A stretch of 57,718 nt of DNA. Origin: Ancylomarina sp. (GTDB taxonomy: Bacteria > Bacteroidota > Bacteroidia > Bacteroidales > Marinifilaceae). The stretch is taken from NCBI RefSeq assembly GCF_041555295.1, contig NZ_JBFFKR010000001.1, positions 1 through 57,718 on the forward strand, read 5' to 3'. Shown in pieces: positions 40,438 through 51,533 of this stretch. A program made the position numbers and the translations under genes. The notes beneath the pieces are model-generated. The model ran no database searches and was not told the DNA's origin. It saw nothing but the letters and a program-made list of their open reading frames with translations. Each line of letters opens with the position of its first letter. The first letter of the stretch is position 1.

Positions 40438-42030
40438 TTAATGAACAGTTTTGATTCCTTTACTCAAAACACTCTTTAAACCATCTTCTTTAAATGGCTT
40501 GCTTAAAAAATTATCCATACCTGCATCAAGGCATTGTTGTTTGTTTTCTGATGAGGCATTTGCAGTTAGCGCAATGATATAAGTTGAGTTGGTAATATTT
40601 TCATTTGTCTCATAGCTCCTAATTTTAGCGGAAGCATTCAGTCCGTCAAGTACTGGCATTTGCATGTCCATAAGAATGATATCATATCTCTTCTCTTTGT
40701 ACATTTGCAGGGCCTCAAGGCCATTTTTAGCAACATCACAAGTTAAACCTAAGTGTCGAAGAGTTAAAACGGCGACTTTCTGATTGATTGGGTTATCTTC
40801 TGCCACAAGAATTGTGAGGTCTTGTGATAGTTCATTATTATTGCTTGGACCTGTTGTTATTTCGTGTTCTTTATATTCGAATTTGAGTTCAAACATGAAC
40901 TCTGAACCTACATCTTGTTTACTTTGAAGTGTAATCTTACCACCCATCAAATTGGTTAGATTCTTTGAGATTGCAAGTCCTAGTCCAGTTCCTCCATATT
41001 GCCTGGAGATAGAACTGTCAGATTGTGTGAATTCTTTGAATAATTTCTTTTGTGCCTTTTCATGAATTCCAATACCGGTGTCTTTTACTGAGAATAAAAG
41101 AGATACCCACTCTTTGTTTTTATCAAGCAATTTAATTGATACATTAACATCACCTTTAAGGGTGAATTTAACCGCATTGTTGGTTAAGTTCATGATGATC
41201 TGGTTCAGTCTAAAAGAATCTCCTCTAAGAACTCGTGGAACATCTTTGTCAATATCTATGTTAAAACGAATTCCTTTTTCAACGGCTCTGTAGTTAAGAA
41301 GCTGATAGATCGTGTCACATAATTTTCTAATATCAAAGTCAATACATTCCAGGTCGATCTGTCCTGCTTCTATCTTTGAGAAATCTAGAATATCATTTAT
41401 GATTTGTAAGAGATGTTCGCCTGATGTTGTTACAACATTGAGCATATCTTGATGTTCTGAGTTTTCAGTCTCATTTTGCATTAATCGCGAAAGGCCTAAT
41501 ATGCCATTCATTGGAGAACGTATTTCGTGAGACATATTAGCCAAGAACATTGATTTAGCTTGAGTGGCGTCTTCCGCTTTATTTTTGGCTAAAATAAGTT
41601 CTTCATTTTTCTCCTCAAGGTATTTTAAAACAAGGTCTAATTCTTTTCTTTGTCTATAAAGATCAAGAAAAACACTCACCTTTCCTTTAAGAACTTCCGG
41701 GATAATAGGCTTTGGTATAAAGTCTACAGCTCCTGTTTCTATGCCTTTTACAATATGATATTCACTTTGATGAATTGCAGAAACAAAGATTACAGGAAGG
41801 TATTTAGTCTTCTTTCTGTGACGCATGAGTTCCAAAGTTTCATAGCCATCCATACCAGGCATTTGTACGTCAAGAATTGCCATTGCGAATTCATACTTCA
41901 GTGTATGTTTTAATGCCTCTTCACCAGAAAAAGCTCTGACAATTTCAACATCGAAATCGCTAAGAATATATTCAAGACTGATTAAATTCTCTTCCTTATC
42001 GTCTACGATTAGTATTTTATCCTTATTCAT
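40438..42030 (-). CDS. Hybrid histidine kinase REC-HisKA-HATPase-REC
   Basis: ILIVDD...LDVQMP; [12 protein letters not shown]; GGTGLGL; VAEDN...MDMQMP. Confidence 0.93.
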   Translation of the reverse strand: MNKDKILIVDDKEENLISLEYILSDFDVEIVRAFSGEEALKHTLKYEFAMAILDVQMPGMDGYETLELMRHRKKTKYLPVIFVSAIHQSEYHIVKGIETGAVDFIPKPIIPEVLKGKVSVFLDLYRQRKELDLVLKYLEEKNEELILAKNKAEDATQAKSMFLANMSHEIRSPMNGILGLSRLMQNETENSEHQDMLNVVTTSGEHLLQIINDILDFSKIEAGQIDLECIDFDIRKLCDTIYQLLNYRAVEKGIRFNIDIDKDVPRVLRGDSFRLNQIIMNLTNNAVKFTLKGDVNVSIKLLDKNKEWVSLLFSVKDTGIGIHEKAQKKLFKEFTQSDSSISRQYGGTGLGLAISKNLTNLMGGKITLQSKQDVGSEFMFELKFEYKEHEITTGPSNNNELSQDLTILVAEDNPINQKVAVLTLRHLGLTCDVAKNGLEALQMYKEKRYDIILMDMQMPVLDGLNASAKIRSYETNENITNSTYIIALTANASSENKQQCLDAGMDNFLSKPFKEDGLKSVLSKGIKTVH

Positions 42031-42033
42031 AAC

Positions 42034-45000
42034 TTAATTGTATAACCAAATTTTTAACATCGAGAATAACTTGTTTTCATCAATAGGCTTCGATAGATAA
42101 TCGTTAGCTCCATGATGTATTGCTTTATCATAGTCTTCTTTCATAGCCTTGGCTGTGGTGCAAATAATAGGAATATTCTTAATCTCTGGAGTTTTCCTGA
42201 TATGCTCAATGGCTGTGTATCCATCCATTTCGGGCATCATAACATCCATCAAAACTAAATCTATATTTTTGTTTTCTTTCAGTACTTCGAGTGCGATTTT
42301 TCCATTCTCGGCCTCAAGTACTTCCATATCTTTATCTTCAAGTATTTTGCCTAGGGCAAATATGTTTCTAATCTCATCGTCAACAACTAATATCTTTTTA
42401 CCCTTAAAAATGGATTCATCAATTTCACCTATTGTTTTTGCAAGAACTTGAGGGTTTTTAATTGCGACATGATGTAAGAAGAGAGTGACTTCGTCCATTA
42501 GACGAACATCTGATTTGATTCCCTTAAGAATTATAGCATTTGTGTATTTGCTTAGCTCACGATGTTCTTCTCGTGAGAGTTCTTTCCCTGTATAGATGAT
42601 CGTGTTAGGAATCGTAATGTCTAGTTTTGATAATTTTTGCAATAATTCATGCCCCGAAAAATCAGGTAAACCTAAATCAAGAATGACGCAATCATATTGT
42701 TTGTTTTTTATCTGTTCTAGTGCGGCAGAACCACTTTCAGCTTCATCAATCTGTGCATGGGTTTGCTGTAGTAAAGTGTGAATTACTTTTCTTGTTAAGG
42801 CACTGTCTTCGACGATCAATATATGTTTTGAATCAGAGAAAATTTGTCTGTTAATTTTGTTCATTGCCGAATCAAAATCAATGGCATTTACAGTAGTTAG
42901 CAGTTCTTTTTTATCATTTTTCAGCCCATCTATTGGAGAGACGATATGAAGAGGCAAATTAGATGTCAGTGGGTTTTCTTTTAATTTTGCTAACTGTTCG
43001 TCACCATTCGTTAATAAAAGTTTGGAAGCAATAATGATAGAAGTAGGTTGGTATTTCTCTACCAAAGGCATAGCGGACTTTATATCGGAAGCAGCTACGG
43101 CTTGAAAATCATTTTTATGAATAAGATCTAGAAGTTTTTCTGCTTTCTTTTTTTCTGGATGAATTAGAAGTACCATAGCTTTTGTTTGGAACCGATCTCT
43201 GTCATCATCAATGTATTTTGTAATATCTTCAGTGTTTACTTCTACAGTTTTAGGAAGTTCAACTTTAGTAGGTGCGGCAATTCCGTCTGCACAATCTAAA
43301 GAGCCTTGATTGGGTTCAATAGGGATAATAACTGTAAATGTTGAGCCTTGATTAATCTTACTCTCTAAGTGAATTTCACCACCTAGCATAAAGGCTAATT
43401 CCTTTGAGATAGATAGGCCTAAGCCTGTTCCACCATATTTTCTTGATGTACTACTATCTGCTTGTTGGAACGCTTCAAAAATGGCTTCTTTCTTGTCATC
43501 ATGAATACCGACTCCAGTATCTGTTATCGAAATGGAAAGAGCTTGCGATGGATCAAGATCATTTCGTCTAAGTGCTAGCTTTTCATCATGCTTATTAAAA
43601 GAGACAGTAATACTTCCTTTTGCCGTGAATTTTAGGGCATTTGAAAGTAAGTTCTTGATGATTTGTGATAATCTTAATCTATCACTAACAAATGAAGTTG
43701 GTATATCCTTTGAAATCTCAACTGAAAGCTCTAATTTTTTCTTTTCTGCCTGGTGTTTAAAATCGAGCATGATTTCATGTTTGATATCTGCTGCATTGGT
43801 AGGAGCAAATTCAATATTCATTTTACCTGCTTCAATTTTTGACAAATCAAGAACCTCATTGATTAGCTGTAAAAGATCCTTACCGCTTTTGTGAATTATT
43901 TCAGCAGATTCAATATCAGATTTGTTTAGGTTACCCTTTTTGTTCTTAGTAAGCATCCCCGATAGAATCAATAAAGAATTCAAAGGTGTACGTAACTCAT
44001 GTGACATATTTGCTAAGAAGTCAGACTTGTATCGATTTGTTTGTTCAAGCTCTGTAGCCTTTAATTCAAGTTCAGTATGAGTTTGAGATAGGTTGAGGTT
44101 TTTTTGTATAATCTCATCTTTTTGAAGCTCCAATTGATTGGTACGCTCCTCCAATTCTTCATTGGCCACTCTTAATTCTTCTTGTTGAACCTGAAGTTTC
44201 TTTTCGTTTTCGGTTAATATTTTGGTGTGCTCTTCAAGTTCTTCGTTGGCCACTCTTAATTCTTCTTGTTGAACCTGAAGCTCTTTGGCTTGATCCTGAG
44301 TTGTCATTAATAAACTTTCAAGACGTTCACGAGCAATTGAGGAAGCAATATTTACAGTTATTGTTTCATTGGCATTGTCAAGGAAACTAATTTTATGAGG
44401 CTTGAACTCGCGAATTGAAGCCAATTCCATTACGCCCCATAGGCGATTATTAAAAAGGAGAGGTATCAATATGATTTCTTTAGGACTAATCTCTCCAGTT
44501 CCTGAGAAAATGGTGAAATAATCTTTTGGAAGATCTTTAATGTGTTTGATTTCTCTACTTTCGGACATTGATCCAATCAAACCATGCCCTTTTTTTATGA
44601 ATTTAAACTGATTCTTGTCGGGTAAACCATGTGATGCAACAAGATTAAACGCTTCATTAATTTCATCATAAAGATATAAAGCACCCAGTTCAGCATTAAG
44701 GAAGTTGATTGTAAATTCAAGAGCGTTACCTGAAACTTCAGTCGTTTCCTGATCGCCACGTAATTTCTCGTTAAGTTGATTCATTCCTGTGCGGAACCAA
44801 TTGGTTTCTTTATTCCTTTGGTGTGCCGCTTCAAGTTGGTCAATAATCTTATTGAAGGTATGTGTAAACTCATCAACTTTAGAGCGAGGCTTAAGTTTAA
44901 CACTGTAGTTACCTTCAGCTACTTTTTGAATATTGTGAATAATACGTGAAAAGCCAAATTGAATTTCGTTAAAAGATTGTGTCAAAACACCAAGTTCACT

Positions 45001-45789
45001 ATTACTCTTCAAGCTCAATCGTTTTTGAGGAATCCCTTTGTTTAGAAGATTAAAATTTTTCACTAAAGTAGCAACAGGTTTTGATATCGATCTGTTGATG
45101 ATATATGATATGCTCGATATGAAAACTGCGATAAGGAATATAAAAAAGCTAATGACATATATCAGAGCTTTGTTTACTTTGTTTGATAATTGATCCGTTT
45201 CTCTGGCAAAGTCTCCAAAGTGGTTCTTTAATCTATTAATATCGTTAAGAAGTTCTTTATTGACGATACCCTCTTTATGATTTTCGATATGTTTCTGAAT
45301 ACTTAAGCCAATTTGATAGCCATTTTTAGCAATTGCCTGATTCTCTTCCAGTTTATGAGGGGCATATTTACTAAGGAGCTTTAACCTGTTGTAGAAAGTA
45401 TTGACAAGATCTTCATTAGGTTGTTGTATTGTAGGGAAAGAACTGTAGAATAATTTGGTGAATTCTTTCTTCGATAAATCTTGAAGGTGTTCATCAATTT
45501 TCGAGAAATTATATGCCATAAAGTTAGCAGCCTTAATATCATTAAGTGCTGATGTGTATAATGCCTCGTCACCAGTATGGATATATTTATAGTAATCTTG
45601 AATACCACTACTGAAAGTATTATTGTGAATACGATCTGCATTCATGAAAAGAGTCAATACTCGACTTGATTGGAAAAAGAAATTTGCCAGTAAGCCAAGT
45701 AGAATTATACTTGTAACTGAAACAATTGTTAAAAGGAATAAACGTGATTTTATTTTCCAATCTTTAAACTTAGATATTGGCAAGTTCAT
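42034..45789 (-). CDS. Membrane hybrid histidine kinase (TM-HAMP-GAF-coiled coil-HisKA-HATPase-multiple REC)
   Basis: [19 protein letters not shown], two intact REC domains plus one degenerate; QQEELRVANEELEE repeats. ATG 45789 chosen because TTG 45837 lies inside a TATTTTTG promoter element (45835-45842). Confidence 0.92.
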   Translation of the reverse strand: MNLPISKFKDWKIKSRLFLLTIVSVTSIILLGLLANFFFQSSRVLTLFMNADRIHNNTFSSGIQDYYKYIHTGDEALYTSALNDIKAANFMAYNFSKIDEHLQDLSKKEFTKLFYSSFPTIQQPNEDLVNTFYNRLKLLSKYAPHKLEENQAIAKNGYQIGLSIQKHIENHKEGIVNKELLNDINRLKNHFGDFARETDQLSNKVNKALIYVISFFIFLIAVFISSISYIINRSISKPVATLVKNFNLLNKGIPQKRLSLKSNSELGVLTQSFNEIQFGFSRIIHNIQKVAEGNYSVKLKPRSKVDEFTHTFNKIIDQLEAAHQRNKETNWFRTGMNQLNEKLRGDQETTEVSGNALEFTINFLNAELGALYLYDEINEAFNLVASHGLPDKNQFKFIKKGHGLIGSMSESREIKHIKDLPKDYFTIFSGTGEISPKEIILIPLLFNNRLWGVMELASIREFKPHKISFLDNANETITVNIASSIARERLESLLMTTQDQAKELQVQQEELRVANEELEEHTKILTENEKKLQVQQEELRVANEELEERTNQLELQKDEIIQKNLNLSQTHTELELKATELEQTNRYKSDFLANMSHELRTPLNSLLILSGMLTKNKKGNLNKSDIESAEIIHKSGKDLLQLINEVLDLSKIEAGKMNIEFAPTNAADIKHEIMLDFKHQAEKKKLELSVEISKDIPTSFVSDRLRLSQIIKNLLSNALKFTAKGSITVSFNKHDEKLALRRNDLDPSQALSISITDTGVGIHDDKKEAIFEAFQQADSSTSRKYGGTGLGLSISKELAFMLGGEIHLESKINQGSTFTVIIPIEPNQGSLDCADGIAAPTKVELPKTVEVNTEDITKYIDDDRDRFQTKAMVLLIHPEKKKAEKLLDLIHKNDFQAVAASDIKSAMPLVEKYQPTSIIIASKLLLTNGDEQLAKLKENPLTSNLPLHIVSPIDGLKNDKKELLTTVNAIDFDSAMNKINRQIFSDSKHILIVEDSALTRKVIHTLLQQTHAQIDEAESGSAALEQIKNKQYDCVILDLGLPDFSGHELLQKLSKLDITIPNTIIYTGKELSREEHRELSKYTNAIILKGIKSDVRLMDEVTLFLHHVAIKNPQVLAKTIGEIDESIFKGKKILVVDDEIRNIFALGKILEDKDMEVLEAENGKIALEVLKENKNIDLVLMDVMMPEMDGYTAIEHIRKTPEIKNIPIICTTAKAMKEDYDKAIHHGANDYLSKPIDENKLFSMLKIWLYN
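44162..44280. repeat. Exact 35-bp intragenic direct repeat, 84-bp period
   Basis: TTGGCCACTCTTAATTCTTCTTGTTGAACCTGAAG at 44162-44196 and 44246-44280. Confidence 0.95.
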
Positions 45790-46010
45790 GATAGTCGTCA
45801 GTGTTTGTTGTATAAATGGACTCTTAAAGATGCGCAAAAATAGTAATAAAATAAAATGAACTAACTATTTACTTACACGAATAGCTTTGAAAAATAGGTT
45901 AAATTGTTAATTATTCATCTTTTAGGATTTTTATAAAAAATATATTGCTCAATATATATTTAACTGTAGCTTTATATCTTCATTCAAAAACGAAAAAAAA
46001 CAATAAAATC

Positions 46011-47051
46011 ATGAAGCATATTTTGTTAATCATCTTCTTATCTTTTAGCCTTTTGCTTTCAGCTCAACATAAAGATTTAAGTAAGCTATATTTAAAAGGT
46101 GAATTCGAAAAAGTAATTGAAAAAGGGATGCTGAAACTTGAGCAATCACCTGATGATGTGATTATTAATATGATTGTTGGTAGAGCTAATGTGGCTATAG
46201 GGAAGTATCAGACTGCTATACCCCTTTTGAAGAAAGCTTTAGATGATAAAACTGCACTGCCTTCTACAATATCGTGGAGCATGGCAGAATTAGGTAAGGC
46301 TTATTATCATACTGGACAGGTGAAAATTGGGGTAGAGAATTTGAGAAAGGCTATGGATATGAAGGCTACTCGAAATTGTACTCGTTTTGCTCATAATCAA
46401 TTGATGCGTTTTCAAGAGAACAAATTTTTTCAAAAATGGAAGGTTCGTGAAACAGATCATATTCGTTTTCATTTTCAGGATGAATCAATTATTGAGAATG
46501 TAGAAAATTATATGAAGCAACACGAAGATGCTTATCTGGATGTTAATAAGTTTTTCAAGACAGTTTTGCCTAAGAAAATTGATTTCTTTGTTTGGAAGGA
46601 TAGGGAAGAGGCATACGATTTGTTTGGTAGACCTTTGGGCTTTGCTAATTCGGAAAGAAAGATTATAAATGCATGGTATAAACAAACTAAGGGACATGAA
46701 ATTTGCCATATTCTTTGTGATATTGCTATTCAACCTAAGAAGAAAACAAAATTGATAAATGAAGGGATTTGTGTGTATTTTGATCAAACATCCCGAAACA
46801 AAATGGATCAAGCTAGAAAAGTATCACCTAAAAAAGAGTTTCATTTGCTGGAACTGTGGGAATCACCAACGCAGTATGAAAGAGATTTATCTTACCCTAT
46901 GGGTGGTGCATTTATCGATTTCCTCATTCATAAAGGAGGAAAAGATAAGCTTAAGAATCTCTTAAAGGATCAGACAATAGAAAATGCAGAGAAAATATAT
47001 CCAAATTTTAAAGATCTGGTTAAGACTTTCGAAGCAATGCTTGAGCGTTAA
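46011..47051 (+). CDS. Secreted TPR protein with gluzincin-like (peptidase MA-like) domain
   Basis: Signal peptide MKHILL; TPR helices; ETDHIRFHF; HEICH followed by NEG. Confidence 0.7.
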   Translation: MKHILLIIFLSFSLLLSAQHKDLSKLYLKGEFEKVIEKGMLKLEQSPDDVIINMIVGRANVAIGKYQTAIPLLKKALDDKTALPSTISWSMAELGKAYYHTGQVKIGVENLRKAMDMKATRNCTRFAHNQLMRFQENKFFQKWKVRETDHIRFHFQDESIIENVENYMKQHEDAYLDVNKFFKTVLPKKIDFFVWKDREEAYDLFGRPLGFANSERKIINAWYKQTKGHEICHILCDIAIQPKKKTKLINEGICVYFDQTSRNKMDQARKVSPKKEFHLLELWESPTQYERDLSYPMGGAFIDFLIHKGGKDKLKNLLKDQTIENAEKIYPNFKDLVKTFEAMLER

Positions 47052-47072
47052 TTCAAAATATTAGCGATGAAT

Positions 47073-47118
47073 AAAAAAAACGCAAGGTATTGACCATATC
47101 AATCCTTGCGTTTTTTTT
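47073..47118. terminator. Bidirectional intrinsic terminator
   Basis: A8-CGCAAGG...CCTTGCG-T8. Confidence 0.88.
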
Positions 47119-47144
47119 GCTTTTGATTCTATAAACGTTTATTC

Positions 47145-49514
47145 TTAATTTAGAACTTGCTTAGGGAATGTCATAATAAACACACAGCCTTGTTCGAGTT
47201 CGCTTTCAACCCATATTTCCCCTTGATGCTTATCAACAAACTCCTTACAAATAAGTAAACCAAGTCCAGTTCCTTTTTCTTCTTTGGTTCCAACGGTTTG
47301 AACCTTGGTATCTATTCGGAATAGTTTGGCAATATTATCAGCACTCATGCCAACACCAGTATCCTTTATAGAGAGTTTAATGTCGGTTGGACGGTCTTCT
47401 GAATAAATACTTATGGTACCATTTTCAGGCGTGAATTTGATTGCATTAGAAATCAAGTTTCTGAGAAGGCTGGTTAGCATATTATCATCTGCAAAAATCT
47501 TCATGTTTGAACAATCTAAAATCTTCAATTCTATTTTTTTCTGACTGGCTTGATATGAGGCGAAAGAAATTGAATCTTGAATGATTTCTTGAAGATTGAG
47601 ATGTTCAGGATGAAAAGGAATTTGATCAGACTGACTCATAGCCCATTCCAACATTTTTTCTAAAAGGTTAAAGTTTAATCTTGCTGAATGTTGAATATCT
47701 TTGATTAATTCTAGTTTTGTTTCGTCGTCGAACTCATTGTAGCTTGTGCACAAGATGTTTGAAAAACCAATAATGGCATTGAATGGGTTTTTTAGATCGT
47801 GGGCAATAATAGAAAGAAACTTATCCTTTGTCAGATTTGCTTCTTGCAATTTATCAGCAGTGACATTAAGCTCGGTCAGTGTTTTTTTGAGTTCTGTAGT
47901 ATCGTAACCAACAGCAATTGTTAAATTTGAAGGTGTTGTAAACCCAGCCCAAAATTGGTTTCTCTGTTCTTGATTCTTATTGGTGATAGTAAATTCATTA
48001 AACTGACCACTTGGATTAGAGAAATTATTTTTAACGTGATTATATTCCTCTTTGTTTTTTATAAGCTTTTCAAAAGGATTATCCATGGTTTTTACTTCAT
48101 CCAATGTATAACCTGTAGCTCGTTCACATTCTTTATTCCAAAGGGCAATTTCACCGTCTTTGCCTAAGCCAAATATCATGATAGGCGCTATTTCGAAAAG
48201 GGATTTAAATTGCAGTTCACTCTTCTTGAGTTCTTCATCTGCAATAAGTTTATTCTCTATGATTTTATTGGTTGCGTCTGCAATTGCGTGGAATTCAGAG
48301 TAGTTTAATTTTGTTTTGTCAATATTAGAATTCGACTGGATCGCTTTCTTTAGTAAGCGAATAAAGGTTGCAGTATTCTTTTTGGTTTTATGAGTTACAT
48401 ATCTGAATATCAGAATTAAGATTAAATGGATAAGAATGATAAGTATTAGTATGTTTGTTGCCTTTTTAATTTGAGCATTTTGCATTTGTTGAATGCTACT
48501 GTTTATATCTGCTTCTATAAGTGAAAGATCGAACCAAGCGCCTACAACCCAGTTCCATTTGGTGTATCCCTTTACATAGGAGATGTTTTTATCAATTTGA
48601 TTATTATCCTCGTTAAGCCAGTCAAAATTAGTGAATCCGCCATCAGGCATTTTTGATGCTTCAATTTCAGCTTTAATTATTTCAAAGCCTTTAGCATCCT
48701 TTAATTTAAGTATGTTTTCCCCATTACTGTAGTGTTTCGTGTTTGAGAGAACTACATTTCCATCAGTATCGTTAATGAAAATTTGTTGATTAACACCATA
48801 TTGTATGTTCTTGATGTATTGAATTGCCTCTTTTTTTATGTCTCCTTCAATATCAGGAATGTATTCGCCTGTACCAATAATAATATTGAGCGGTTTAAAT
48901 AAACGAACATAGATTACTGATGGGGAGGTAAATGACTTATCGGTCGTTAAATTTGTTGATTTTTCTCGAATAAAGCCCTGCCCATATTGAGTTGCAATTC
49001 TTATTTCTTCCTGAACGATTGCTTTTTCTGGTGAATCTTTAAGTTTTAAGAAATTGGTGCCTTCAAATTCAGGATGTGCGGGGTATAGCATCTCTTCACC
49101 ATTTGTATTAAGGATAAAGTAGTCACCTCTGATTTCTTCTGATCTTAATGGTCGTAATGCTTCTCTAATGATTTGTGTGATAGCTTGCTTGCTGTATATG
49201 TGTTTATTCTTTTTGTATATATTTTCGGCTAAAACATAGGCCTGATCAACTCGATAGGTTAAGTATTCGTTAATTTTATTGATTCTAATATCTCGGCTAA
49301 TGTTTATGTGTTCAATGACTTGATCAACCTCGTTTTTAATCAATTGCTTTTGAGCTTCTACATGGGCTTGTTTACTCTCCTTGCTTTGTTTTTCGAAAGT
49401 TTTGTATTCGAAATAAAGGAAGAGACTACTTGTTACAATTGCCGAAATAGCAAAGAATACAACAATGTATAAAAGAAAGGTTTGCGGTATAGATAGGGCT
49501 TTTCGTTTTAGCAT
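47145..49514 (-). CDS. Sensor histidine kinase with tandem Cache domains and PAS
   Basis: TM, Cache-like segments (IIGTGEY, WNWVVGA), TM, PAS (WNKECERATGY), SIIAHDLKNPF, GTGLGL. Confidence 0.9.
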   Translation of the reverse strand: MLKRKALSIPQTFLLYIVVFFAISAIVTSSLFLYFEYKTFEKQSKESKQAHVEAQKQLIKNEVDQVIEHINISRDIRINKINEYLTYRVDQAYVLAENIYKKNKHIYSKQAITQIIREALRPLRSEEIRGDYFILNTNGEEMLYPAHPEFEGTNFLKLKDSPEKAIVQEEIRIATQYGQGFIREKSTNLTTDKSFTSPSVIYVRLFKPLNIIIGTGEYIPDIEGDIKKEAIQYIKNIQYGVNQQIFINDTDGNVVLSNTKHYSNGENILKLKDAKGFEIIKAEIEASKMPDGGFTNFDWLNEDNNQIDKNISYVKGYTKWNWVVGAWFDLSLIEADINSSIQQMQNAQIKKATNILILIILIHLILILIFRYVTHKTKKNTATFIRLLKKAIQSNSNIDKTKLNYSEFHAIADATNKIIENKLIADEELKKSELQFKSLFEIAPIMIFGLGKDGEIALWNKECERATGYTLDEVKTMDNPFEKLIKNKEEYNHVKNNFSNPSGQFNEFTITNKNQEQRNQFWAGFTTPSNLTIAVGYDTTELKKTLTELNVTADKLQEANLTKDKFLSIIAHDLKNPFNAIIGFSNILCTSYNEFDDETKLELIKDIQHSARLNFNLLEKMLEWAMSQSDQIPFHPEHLNLQEIIQDSISFASYQASQKKIELKILDCSNMKIFADDNMLTSLLRNLISNAIKFTPENGTISIYSEDRPTDIKLSIKDTGVGMSADNIAKLFRIDTKVQTVGTKEEKGTGLGLLICKEFVDKHQGEIWVESELEQGCVFIMTFPKQVLN

Positions 49515-49808
49515 AGGGAATAATAAGGGTTTGCAATTGATCAGCTACTAAAATACAATTATTATTAACGAATTGTCTGTTTATTTGGAAAAAGAATCAG
49601 TGTAAATAAGCCTGTTTATTTATGTCAGCTTTCTGCGTGTATACTCTAGAGGTTCTCTATTCCATATCTTGTTTATTATGTAGCTTTTAACTTTTATAAG
49701 AGAAGGAAAGGTTTTGTTTAGTTTTTGGGTGTAATCTAAGTTTTACGTAAAGTTTGACTGTTATTTTGTTTTTCATAAATTTGATGTGTCTAATATTAAT
49801 CTCTAATT

Positions 49809-50255
49809 ATGAATGCAACAAATTTTGAATTGAGTTTTAATGCCTGCAGACCTTTTTCTTCAACAAAAAGGAAGACTTATTATTCGTTGGGAATCGTCGA
49901 AATGCTTGTAGGCTCAGTTGGGATCTTTCTTGTGGAATACCCTATGTCTCGATTTTATATGATTTTTCTTGCTGGTGGTATTTTGAGTTTCCTTATAGCT
50001 GCTTATGGTAAGAATATGATTAAAGAATCTAATTCAATTTGTATTAATCCTCAGAATGTTACCTTTAAAAACGTTTCACAACGAGCCAGGAATCTTGAAG
50101 TTGAGAATTTATACGATCTTATTATAGAGAAAAATAAGGTTGAGTTTGTTACTAAAGATCAAAAATACAGTCTCTACGATTTTTCAATTTTTACGCAAGA
50201 TCAAAAGAAAGCTTTATATCGTGTTCTGAAAGAGTTGAAAGAGAACTTAGGCTAA
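49809..50255 (+). CDS. Hypothetical membrane protein
   Basis: 148-aa ORF with 2 TM; TAAATTTG promoter-like element upstream. Confidence 0.65.
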   Translation: MNATNFELSFNACRPFSSTKRKTYYSLGIVEMLVGSVGIFLVEYPMSRFYMIFLAGGILSFLIAAYGKNMIKESNSICINPQNVTFKNVSQRARNLEVENLYDLIIEKNKVEFVTKDQKYSLYDFSIFTQDQKKALYRVLKELKENLG

Positions 50256-50326
50256 ATTGTAAGGGAGAAAAGTGAGAATGCATGTATCTTTCCTCTTTAT
50301 TACTTCTAATACAAAACGAATTCAGA

Positions 50327-51139
50327 ATGAGACAGATTTATCTATTGATACTACTAGCCACTATTGCTTTGAGTTCATGCACTGGGCCTAAGTCGAATGA
50401 GTGTGAAATTGTTTTGGGTGATACCATCCGAACAGCAAGTGGTTTGCAATACTATTACGAGAAAATGGGTAAGGGTAGAAAAGTTGAGGCTGGGTCTGAA
50501 ATGGCGACCTATCTTAGTTTAAAAGTAGGCGATGATGTGGTTTGGACTAGTGCTGATCAGCCTGATTCTTTATTTACTTATATAGCAGGGTATACCAGAT
50601 TGATTAAAGGTTTTACAGAAATGAGTATGTTGCTTAGAGAAGGTGATGAGGTGATTGCGATTCTACCGGACTCCTTGGCTTATGGCGCTAAAGGCGCTGG
50701 AGATATTATTCCACCTCATGCGACTTTGGTTTACGACAAGTTTATAGTGGTAAGGGTTGATGAGCCTAAAGGCATAATGGCTGATACGCTACTTAAAGCA
50801 ATTGAAATTGGTGGCGAGAAAGCTGTAATGGAAAAATATAAAGAAATAACAACATCGGCCGATTCTAATAAATTCCACAGAGGGCAAGATCATTTGTATA
50901 GATTGTGGGACAAATTGAGTAAAGCCAATCAGCACAAGAAAGCAGCCGAAGTGGCAGCTTGCTTTGCCGATGCTACAAATGATAATAAGCTTTGGTACAA
51001 AATGGTGCTTTCCTTGGAAAACTTAGGCGAATTTAAAGAAGCGAAAGAGAACTTGGAGGTGCTAATTGGTAAAGAGCCAACAAATAAGGAATTTACTGAT
51101 AAGTTGGTTGAGATGAATGCGAAACCTTCGCTAAAGTAG
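50327..51139 (+). CDS. FKBP-type PPIase lipoprotein with C-terminal TPR-like helices
   Basis: Lipobox ALSSC; TASGLQY, LIKGFTE, LAYGAKGAGDIIPPHATL. Confidence 0.8.
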   Translation: MRQIYLLILLATIALSSCTGPKSNECEIVLGDTIRTASGLQYYYEKMGKGRKVEAGSEMATYLSLKVGDDVVWTSADQPDSLFTYIAGYTRLIKGFTEMSMLLREGDEVIAILPDSLAYGAKGAGDIIPPHATLVYDKFIVVRVDEPKGIMADTLLKAIEIGGEKAVMEKYKEITTSADSNKFHRGQDHLYRLWDKLSKANQHKKAAEVAACFADATNDNKLWYKMVLSLENLGEFKEAKENLEVLIGKEPTNKEFTDKLVEMNAKPSLK

Positions 51140-51184
51140 TTGTGAATAGTAATTAGAATTTTTTAAAATTAAAGGACATCGACC

Positions 51185-51430
51185 ATGGAAAAGGATACAG
51201 ACTTAATTGAAATTTACAGAGGAAACCCTATTAATTCTGAAATTATTAAGGATATTTTAAACGATAATGGCATTATTGCAAGCATGACTAACCAGATGAT
51301 GGGAAGTATTGCACCCTTTTATGTGGCTGCAGGTGGTGTTGATCCTGTTGGAGTCGAAATTTTTGCGAGAGATAAAGAGAAAGCCCTTGCTTTGATTGAA
51401 GCATTTAATAAGAGTATACCTGAAGAGTAG
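51185..51430 (+). CDS. DUF2007-like putative signal transducing protein
   Basis: EIYRG...EIIKDILNDNGI...DKEKALALI pattern. Confidence 0.75.
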   Translation: MEKDTDLIEIYRGNPINSEIIKDILNDNGIIASMTNQMMGSIAPFYVAAGGVDPVGVEIFARDKEKALALIEAFNKSIPEE

Positions 51431-51448
51431 ATACAAAGGATAAAGGAT

Positions 51449-51482
51449 AAAGCTGCGATCGTAAGGTTGCGGCTTTTTTTTT
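51449..51482 (+). terminator. Intrinsic terminator
   Basis: GCTGCGATC-GTAA-GGTTGCGGC-T9 with a GNRA loop; preceded by (AAAGGAT)x2.5. Confidence 0.88.
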
Positions 51483-51533
51483 GTGAAAGTTTCCCGAAGA
51501 ATTTGCAGTATTAATAAACATACTAGTTTTAGT

